Source of the DNA: Candidatus Scalindua sp.
Lineage (GTDB): Bacteria > Planctomycetota > Brocadiia > Brocadiales > Scalinduaceae
NCBI GenBank assembly: GCA_031316235.1
Contig: JALDRA010000001.1
Location: 3,810,001-3,842,000, forward strand
DNA length: 32,000 bases
Reading direction: 5' to 3'
Shown: piece after piece, positions 8,599 to 15,216 of the stretch
Position numbering within the stretch: position 1 is the stretch's first letter
Layout: each line of letters starts with the position of its first letter
Made by a program: the position numbers and the translations under genes
Notes under the pieces: model-generated
What the model saw: only the letters and a program-made list of their open reading frames with translations
Database searches by the model: none
What the model was told of the DNA's origin: nothing

Positions 8599-10464
8599 AT
8601 GTATAAAAATTATGCTTTAAGGGTTTTTAAATCTATTTCAATTTATATTCTTTTATTCTTAACTTCAGGTTTATTATTATTCGAAACTGTTGAAACAAAT
8701 GCGGAAGATTTTTATATAGCCCCCAATGGATCAGATAACAATATTGGCTCGTCAAATGCACCATGGAGAAGTTTTGATAAGTCTATGGAAGTTCTTCGAC
8801 CTGGAGATACCCTTTTTCTCATGGATGGAATTTTTACTGAGAGGCTCAGGGTTACCATCTCGGGAACATCATCCAACCCAATTATCTTTAAAGCTCTTAA
8901 TGATGGAAAAGCGATAATAGATATGAAGGGAAGCGGTGATTTGGGTACGGAAGCTTTGAAAATTGCAGGAACAGATAATAAACATCTGGCATATATTGAG
9001 GTTGAGGGGATTGTATGCAAAAATGCTAACGGGAATGTGGTTGCAATAAGACGTGCTGACAATATCAGTATAAGACGAGTATCTGCGTATAATGCAAATC
9101 CCGATGAAAACTATGTTGTTTTTTCTGTAGCTTATGATTGTACTGATATCCTTCTTGAAGACTGTGCAGCTTCGGGTACAGGGAGAAAGATGTATGATGT
9201 GTTCTCAGACAGTAATGCCACTTTCAGGCGATGTTGGGGCAGGTGGGTAGATCATAAATTGGGGACTTGGAATTCATCTTTGGACGTCTATGGAGCTGAT
9301 GATTGCATAGTTGAGAACTGTATCTTTACTATGGATCCGAAAGTAACAAGGAGGGTTCATGGAATAGGGATAGTGGATCAAAGTAATTCTGAAGCAGACA
9401 GAAACAAAATCCATGGTAATGTCGTATACGGAATAAACTCGTATTGTTATTATGTCAGTAGTGGTGGAGGGCATCATATAAAAGATAACAGGCATGTCGA
9501 TAATGTGGCAATTATGGATAACCGTTCTATCGGCGGTCGTGGTTTTTTACAGTCAGCAGATGGGAATTGGGCAGGGGACAGGTTCACACTTGTCGGTTCA
9601 TCTGATGTTGATTTAGTTACGATAACGGCAATGGCTTCTGGACAAGACCGTGATTTTGAAGTCAGAGGAGTTTTTCGTAATTCAGTTTTATTTTCAGGTG
9701 ATGTGGGTATCAAGGTTACTTCTTCGCCTTTAATCGGCTCTTTTACAAATAAATATAATAATCTCAGCAGCATAACAAATCCTTATGCAGGTATAGCATC
9801 TCAAGGGTGGGGTGAAGGAAATATTGAAGGGGTAATTCCCGATTATAGTACATCCAAATACGGGAAAGGTGCCTATTTAATCAGGCCGGTAAACTTAAGA
9901 GGAAAAGGGGAGAACGGTTCAGATATAGGCGCTGAGGTATTATATCAATATATCGATGGGACACTACATAGAGATGATCAGCATAGATTATGGCCATGGC
10001 CGATGGAAGACAGGATTCGTGCAGAAACAGGTGTCAGTGTGACCTGGGAAGCAAGCGGGGGGTTGTGGAAGACACTGGATGGTGTTTATGATGGTCGCCC
10101 AACCACAGGTACACCAATCACAGGTACACCAACCACGGGTACACCAACCACAGGTACTCCTTTTGGTGTGCTGATGAGCAGCCCGGAACCGGGTTCGGCA
10201 TTGACAACTCAGGCCGTTACCTTTGAGTGGAACGCTGGTGCCGAAGTTACCGGGTACTGGCTGGGGGTGGGGACAAGCTTTGCATCAGTAAGCACTTCGC
10301 CATGGGGAGACATATATGCGGCATCATCAGGGACAAATACAATGCAACAGGTAACAGGAATCCCCACAAATGGGAATCCTGTCTATCTACGATTGTGGTG
10401 GAGGAATAATGGTGTGTGGGATTACGAGGACTATACTTACCAGACGGTTAATGACGGCTCTTAA
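8599..10464 (+). CDS. Secreted right-handed parallel beta-helix repeat protein, paralog 3, with a (PTTGT)4 linker and an extra C-terminal ~95-aa module
   Basis: 621-aa ORF with a signal-like N-terminus and the same cap motif (FYIAPNGSDNNIG...PGDTLFLMDGIFTE...PIIFKALNDGKAIID). The C-terminal extension VTFEWNAGAEVTGYWLGVGTS...GNPVYLRLWWRNNGVWDYEDYTYQ matches the modules of the 15217 and 19059 proteins. Confidence 0.9.
   Translation: MYKNYALRVFKSISIYILLFLTSGLLLFETVETNAEDFYIAPNGSDNNIGSSNAPWRSFDKSMEVLRPGDTLFLMDGIFTERLRVTISGTSSNPIIFKALNDGKAIIDMKGSGDLGTEALKIAGTDNKHLAYIEVEGIVCKNANGNVVAIRRADNISIRRVSAYNANPDENYVVFSVAYDCTDILLEDCAASGTGRKMYDVFSDSNATFRRCWGRWVDHKLGTWNSSLDVYGADDCIVENCIFTMDPKVTRRVHGIGIVDQSNSEADRNKIHGNVVYGINSYCYYVSSGGGHHIKDNRHVDNVAIMDNRSIGGRGFLQSADGNWAGDRFTLVGSSDVDLVTITAMASGQDRDFEVRGVFRNSVLFSGDVGIKVTSSPLIGSFTNKYNNLSSITNPYAGIASQGWGEGNIEGVIPDYSTSKYGKGAYLIRPVNLRGKGENGSDIGAEVLYQYIDGTLHRDDQHRLWPWPMEDRIRAETGVSVTWEASGGLWKTLDGVYDGRPTTGTPITGTPTTGTPTTGTPFGVLMSSPEPGSALTTQAVTFEWNAGAEVTGYWLGVGTSFASVSTSPWGDIYAASSGTNTMQQVTGIPTNGNPVYLRLWWRNNGVWDYEDYTYQTVNDGS
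10099..10158 (+). repeat. Coding 15-bp tandem repeat x4 (CCAACCACAGGTACA-like) encoding the PTTGT/PITGT linker
   Basis: Four consecutive 15-nt units, each with at most one substitution relative to the first unit, read directly from the sequence. Confidence 0.9.
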
Positions 10465-10542
10465 TACAGTGGAAGGATTTACCGTGATAAGTACTTGAAA
10501 TGTATTTCCTCAGTGTATATTTTTTATGGAAATAGAAACGGT

Positions 10543-10570
10543 CCCGTTAGATATAAAATTATCTAACGGG
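10543..10570 (+). terminator. Hairpin downstream of the paralog 3 gene (possible terminator; no clear U-tract)
   Basis: Perfect 10-bp inverted repeat CCCGTTAGAT / ATCTAACGGG with an 8-nt spacer, 79 nt after the stop codon. Confidence 0.3.
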
Positions 10571-10940
10571 GTACTTATCCTGTAACGAATTTAGTGAAAC
10601 TCTCTGCCTGCATTCTTGCTGACATTTCATTGAGAATCGGTTTGAAAGGTAGACGGTCAGGTTACATGGAGCTTCAGACTTCTCCTCGTTAATAATTAAT
10701 CAATAATATTCAATACATCAGCATACCATATGGTAACCATTCAAAGTTATTAGGCACAATACCCGGGAGGAAAGTTTGTGATGGGAAGGTTTTCGATAAT
10801 TTTCTACAAAGTAATTATTCTACACTCACTGCCTGACGGAGGCGATCTTCCTCCTTCAGGAAGTGAGCTGTCTAAAGCTTCTGCGTTTTCATGCCATGAT
10901 AGTGTATATTTCGGTACACAGCGAATCGAGCAACTCTGAC

Positions 10941-11105
10941 TCTTATACTAAAACCGGTTTAGTTTTCTCTAAAAACCAGTTTCTGGTTAATGGTGTCCCC
11001 GGATAAAAGGCGTCGAGGACTTTCCCCGGACAAACGACGCCGAGGAAAGTCCTCGCTCCGTTTTTTCTCGGATTTTATCCGAAAACCAATATAAGATGAG
11101 TATAT
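10941..11105 (-). repeat. Copy B of the intergenic repeat family (inverted relative to copy A; carries an extra internal hairpin insert)
   Basis: The reverse complement starts ATATACTCATCTTATATTGGTTTTCGGATAAAATCCGAG and ends ...AAACCGGTTTTAGTATAAGA. An extra segment holds the stem CGAGGACTTTCC / GGAAAGTCCTCG. The terminus abuts the stop codon of the aminotransferase gene (11105-11107). Confidence 0.75.
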
Positions 11106-12277
11106 CACGTTTTAAAGAATTGTTTAACAGATGCAATAATATAAGAAGTATCTTCATCCTCCTGCAATGGTTCTATAGGGAGAGAGCAAACCTCCTGAGC
11201 TGCTTGGATTGTATTGTTCAGAGGGTCCAGGACTTTCATTTTGCCAGCAAATACTTTCATTTTGTGTAGTGGTACAGGATAATAAATCATCGTACTTATA
11301 CCCTTTTCTTTGAAAAACTCCAGAAAGTCATTCCGTTTGTCATTATGAATTCTGATAGTGTACTGATGATAGACAGAATCGTCGTTGTTGCCAGGCCTTG
11401 TGGTGCTTGAGATTTGAGAAGTGGGAAGTGTTATACCCTTAACACATGATAGCTCTTTATTGTAGACGGCAGCAATTTTTTGCCGTCGTGCATTAAAATC
11501 ATCAATAAATTTGAACTTTGCCAGAAGAACCGCAGCCTGGAGTGTATCGAGCCTTGCGTTGTAACCAATATGGTCGACGTTATATTTATCTTTTCCGCCA
11601 TGTTTAAGGAGCATTCGAACAAGTTCCGATATTTCATCATTATTAGTTGAAATCATACCACCGTCTCCAAACCCGCCAAGGTTTTTAGAAGGGAAAAAGC
11701 TGAATGTGCCTGCAGTACCTGTTGAACCCAGTTTTTTTCTTTCCCGTGTGCCCCCGAATGCCTGCGCTACATCTTCGACTACAAAGAGTTTGTGCTTTTG
11801 AGCAATATCTGAGATTTCTTCCATGTTGCATGCCTGTCCATAGAGATGAACAGGAATTATTCCCACGACATTTGCTGGGTTTTGTGTTAAATATTCTCTT
11901 ATTTTATCTGTATCAATGTTGTATGTTACGGGGTCAATATCGACGAATACTGGAGTCGCACCGGATCGCAAAATGGCATCTCCTGTTGCCGTAAACGTAA
12001 ATGGTGTGGTGATTATTTCATCTTCCCGGCTGAAATATTCCTGTCCTTTTGATTGTATCGCGATTGCTCTTAATGCAAGAACTAACGCTTCAGTGCCTGA
12101 TGACACGCCGATGCAGTGCTTCACTCCAATGTACTCAGCAATTTTATTTTCAAGTTCATTTACTTCAGGGCCGAGGATCCATTTCTGGTGTTCAAGGCAT
12201 TTCTTGATAGCGGTGTCAATGTCTTCCTGCATGTACTCGTATTCACGTTTCAGATCAAGCATGGGTATTTGTTTCAC
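11105..12277 (-). CDS. DegT/DnrJ/EryC1/StrS-family PLP-dependent nucleotide-sugar aminotransferase (WbpE/WecE-like)
   Basis: 390 aa. N-terminus IPMLDLKREYEYMQEDIDTAIKKCLEHQKWILGPEVNELENKIAEYIG...GVSSGTEALVLALRA and the catalytic-Lys region FSFFPSKNLGGFGDGG. GTG start preceded by AGGAGA. Confidence 0.9.
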   Translation of the reverse strand: MKQIPMLDLKREYEYMQEDIDTAIKKCLEHQKWILGPEVNELENKIAEYIGVKHCIGVSSGTEALVLALRAIAIQSKGQEYFSREDEIITTPFTFTATGDAILRSGATPVFVDIDPVTYNIDTDKIREYLTQNPANVVGIIPVHLYGQACNMEEISDIAQKHKLFVVEDVAQAFGGTRERKKLGSTGTAGTFSFFPSKNLGGFGDGGMISTNNDEISELVRMLLKHGGKDKYNVDHIGYNARLDTLQAAVLLAKFKFIDDFNARRQKIAAVYNKELSCVKGITLPTSQISSTTRPGNNDDSVYHQYTIRIHNDKRNDFLEFFKEKGISTMIYYPVPLHKMKVFAGKMKVLDPLNNTIQAAQEVCSLPIEPLQEDEDTSYIIASVKQFFKT

Positions 12278-12360
12278 ATTTCTCTCCTAATTGGGATGCA
12301 GTTTGCCGATAATTTCCAGAACAACAAAAATCATCTTCGTACTAGGTTTATTTTCTTTTA

Positions 12361-12537
12361 TTATAAAGCGCCTTTCTTTTTACTTCCTGTTTTTGACAAA
12401 CGTTTAACAGTAAACTGTCTTCTGGATCTGCTGATTTCAGATAGTGTAGCAACCGGTCTTTTGTTCTTCAGAAGTATATTTTCAGCAAGCTCAGTGTATT
12501 TGTAAGTCTTAAAAACAGAGCCCATCTGCTTTCTCAT
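12361..12537 (-). CDS. Possible 58-aa basic small protein, translationally coupled (TAATG) to the upstream fusion gene
   Basis: Hand translation: MRKQMGSVFKTYKYTELAENILLKNKRPVATLSEISRSRRQFTVKRLSKTGSKKKGAL*. Its ATG shares one nt with the TAA of the 12537-14153 gene. No recognisable family and below the ORF-track length cutoff. Confidence 0.25.
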   Translation of the reverse strand: MRKQMGSVFKTYKYTELAENILLKNKRPVATLSEISRSRRQFTVKRLSKTGSKKKGAL

Positions 12538-14153
12538 TATTTCGTGGTTAGTTTTCCATCTTTAAGTTCATAGTTATTGCCACAATATCCACATACCCCG
12601 TGCCCGCTGTCAAATTTCAGTGTTGTACCACACTTACAGGCCCAGCCCCTTTGTTTTGCCGGTACACCTACCATGATAGCATGGTCAGGCACTTCGGTCT
12701 TCACCACTGCACCGGCACCGATCATTGCATACCTGCCTATTTCAACTCCGCATATTATTGTTGCATTTGCTCCTATGGTTGCACCTCTTTTAACAAGCGT
12801 CTGGCGGAACTCATGTTTTCTGCTTATGAATGATCTTGGATTGTAGACATTGGTAAACACGCATGACGGGCCGCAAAAGACCTCATCTTCAAGGGTGACT
12901 CCTTTATAGACGGAAACATTATTCTGGATTTTACATTTATCCCCAATTTTCACATCAGGTCCTATCTCTACATTCTTTCCTATTACGCAATTGCTTCCCA
13001 GTCTTGACCCGCTCATTATGTGTGAAGACTGCCATATCTTTGTGCCTTCACCGATATCTACCTGTTCGTCAATAGTGGCGCTTTCGTGTTTGAAGTAAGT
13101 TGCAGTATCTGATAACCCCTTTGTTTTGTGATTATTTTCACCATTATCAGGGAGAGTATTCGTATCAGCTAGAGATTCTTCAGCTATTTCCAATATCTTT
13201 AAGACCCTTAGCCCCTCTTCACCATCAGTTTTTGGTTTCACCCTTTGCTTCACGCATTCTGCAAAATGTTTTAACTCTTCTTTAAGAGGTTCTGAAGATC
13301 CTACAGGAATTACTTGGAAATCAGCTTTCTGGGCTACCGGTATCTTCCCTTTCATCCATTCTATTTTGTGTGGATAGAGAAATAATTTTTCTTTGGTCAT
13401 ATCATCGAAAACGACCATTGCCTTTGAGCCTACTATAATCAACTTCTGCTCTTTGTATGGATGGAGCCAGCTAACAAATATATGCCCCTTCACACCATTT
13501 TTGAACGTAAGCGTTGTAATTGTAGTATCACAAATTGCACTATTAAGATAACTTCCTCCAGACGCTGATACTTTTACAGGTTCCTCTTCGAGCAGCATCA
13601 GGATTACGGAAATATCATGGGGTGCGAAACTCCAGAGTATATTCTCTTCCATTCGAAGTTTTCCAATATTCAATCTATTGGAATAGACATACTGTAATTT
13701 CCCGAGTTCACCCGAAGAAATGAGTTCCTTCAATTTTATAACTGCGGAATGATACTGCAGAATATGACCAACCATTAATATTCTATTGCCTGAATCGGCA
13801 ATCTTTACCAGCTCTTCACCTTCTCTTACCGTCAAGGCAAGTGGTTTCTCAACAAATACATCTTTTCCAGCCAGCAAAGACTTCTTAACATATTCATAAT
13901 GCATTGCTGCCGGTAATGCTATAGCAACAGCTTTTATGTCAGGATCTTTCAGGAGCCCTTCAAATTCTGACGTAAAGGTGACATCAGGAAACTGTTCTTT
14001 TCTTTCAGAAAGAAGATCTTGATCTAAATCACACGCTGTATGTAAAGTTCCAAGTTCATGCAGACTTCGTAAAATATTCTTGCCCCAGTAACCTAGACCA
14101 ACTAAACCGATAAAGGGGTCTGTACCTTGTTTTTGATTTTTTGATATGTTCAT
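12537..14153 (-). CDS. Bifunctional Gfo/Idh/MocA-type sugar dehydrogenase (WbpB-like) fused to a left-handed beta-helix N-acetyltransferase (WbpD-like), with a C-terminal Cys4 tail
   Basis: N-terminal half: Rossmann GLVGLGYWGKN and the EKPLALT motif. C-terminal half: hexapeptide repeats (IGEGTKIW...IGKNVEIGPDVKIGDKCKIQNNVSVY...IGANATIICGVEIGRYAMIGAGAVV). Tail: CKCGTTLKFDSGHGVCGYCG (CxC...CxxC). Confidence 0.85.
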   Translation of the reverse strand: MNISKNQKQGTDPFIGLVGLGYWGKNILRSLHELGTLHTACDLDQDLLSERKEQFPDVTFTSEFEGLLKDPDIKAVAIALPAAMHYEYVKKSLLAGKDVFVEKPLALTVREGEELVKIADSGNRILMVGHILQYHSAVIKLKELISSGELGKLQYVYSNRLNIGKLRMEENILWSFAPHDISVILMLLEEEPVKVSASGGSYLNSAICDTTITTLTFKNGVKGHIFVSWLHPYKEQKLIIVGSKAMVVFDDMTKEKLFLYPHKIEWMKGKIPVAQKADFQVIPVGSSEPLKEELKHFAECVKQRVKPKTDGEEGLRVLKILEIAEESLADTNTLPDNGENNHKTKGLSDTATYFKHESATIDEQVDIGEGTKIWQSSHIMSGSRLGSNCVIGKNVEIGPDVKIGDKCKIQNNVSVYKGVTLEDEVFCGPSCVFTNVYNPRSFISRKHEFRQTLVKRGATIGANATIICGVEIGRYAMIGAGAVVKTEVPDHAIMVGVPAKQRGWACKCGTTLKFDSGHGVCGYCGNNYELKDGKLTTK

Positions 14154-14404
14154 TTGGTTAATAGTAAAAAGTTGTTAGTGTGATATGCTATGCCTGTCTG
14201 TTTGTAATATAGAGAGATTATCGGAGGAAATTGTTATTAATTTAATTTTCGTGCTTCAGCAGGTGGAAGGGTGATGGTTAACATGATTTAGTGATTGGTT
14301 TTTACTCTTCAAAGATGGTTGAAATGTGCATTACATTACCATCAAAAGAGCCTTGTGTCAACAAAATAATGGAGGATGTCTGGCCAAAAAGAAATGACAG
14401 GTTT

Positions 14405-14547
14405 GGTGTTTAAACGAAAACTACCCATCTACTGCGCTGCTGCAATAATGACGGGATACTCACGTACTTGAGTACGCTCCAGTTGCGTAATTATTTCACG
14501 CCTTGTACCCGGGCAGTTTTGGTTTAAACACAGGGTTTTCGTTTACG
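14405..14547. repeat. MITE-like long imperfect palindrome with a duplicated 3' arm
   Basis: GGTGTTTAAACGAAAACTACCC (14405-14426) is complementary to GGGCAGTTTTGGTTTAAACAC (14510-14530). The interior is also roughly self-complementary around CGTACTTGAGTACG. A second copy of the 3' arm, GTTTTCGTTTAC, follows a few nt downstream of the first. Confidence 0.45.
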
Positions 14548-15042
14548 CACTATCTAAGAGTGCTGTTAAAGGTTACAGGATATAATAAATCTGAAAAATA
14601 TAAGAATTATCAGTCACCCACAGGTTCAGCTGAGGGACTTGGAAGGAAAATTTCCAGTCTAAGCTGACCAATTTCCTCTCAAATTGTAATCTCCGTTTAT
14701 CATGTTTCTCCATTTCTTTTATCATTCTGAACTCATTTTTATTATTACAAGTGGTGAATACCTCCGCAATACAGCATGAGATCTCCGTTCTTCAAATAGT
14801 TACTCACTACTGGGGGGTAAGAATAGAGATTTTCAGGGAGAGGTTCGAATTTTATTGATCAAATCTGAGAAAGGTGTGTGAAACAACCTTCACTTGTAAC
14901 TTACGGTAATTTAGACATATAAGCTTGTGAAATTGTATTGTTCCTATTCGGTTGTATGATAATTACTACAGCAAGAAACGGTTTGATATTATTCAATATA
15001 TCGTAAGTCCTGTTAAATACTATAGATAGTTTTTATGTCTGA

Positions 15043-15216
15043 GTTTGGTATCATTCTTGCCTGTTTATTATAAAAATTTCTTATTTTACATTGAGTCCGG
15101 TCTGAACATAAGGTGTAATTTTAATAATTCTCATCTGGAACTCTTAATTTTCTGTTTGGTATCTGTGTATATCTGTGACCTGTTAATTTATTAGTTAAAG
15201 CTTAGGGAGGTAATGA
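15043..15216 (+). promoter_or_regulatory. Conserved ~174-nt leader/promoter region duplicated with the downstream gene (paralog of 18886-19058)
   Basis: Aligns with 18886-19058. Example: CTCTTAATTTTCTGTTTGGTATCTGTGTATATCTGTGACCTGTTAATTTATTAGTTAAAGCTTAGGGAGGTAATGAATG versus the near-identical string before 19059. GGGAGG RBS. Confidence 0.5.

Noticed and set aside
8275-8599. Two minus-strand ORFs (69 and 61 aa) upstream of paralog 3
   Set aside because: They overlap the structured leader and terminator, which give a better explanation of the sequence.
340-10464. Diversity-generating retroelement or cassette-type phase variation as the cause of the variable core of the beta-helix paralogs
   Set aside because: No reverse transcriptase, template repeat or invertase gene is present in the window. 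Divergence is spread over hundreds of codons rather than being adenine-specific.
10781-10939. 52-aa ORF with an upstream GGGAGG in the gap after paralog 3
   Set aside because: It has no family resemblance, spans an 18-bp imperfect hairpin (10824-10866) and runs into repeat copy B. Evidence is insufficient.
14405-14531. Considered as a tRNA or other small RNA gene
   Set aside because: It is a single long hairpin of ~127 nt with no cloverleaf or conserved T/D-loop sequences. A MITE-like palindrome fits better.
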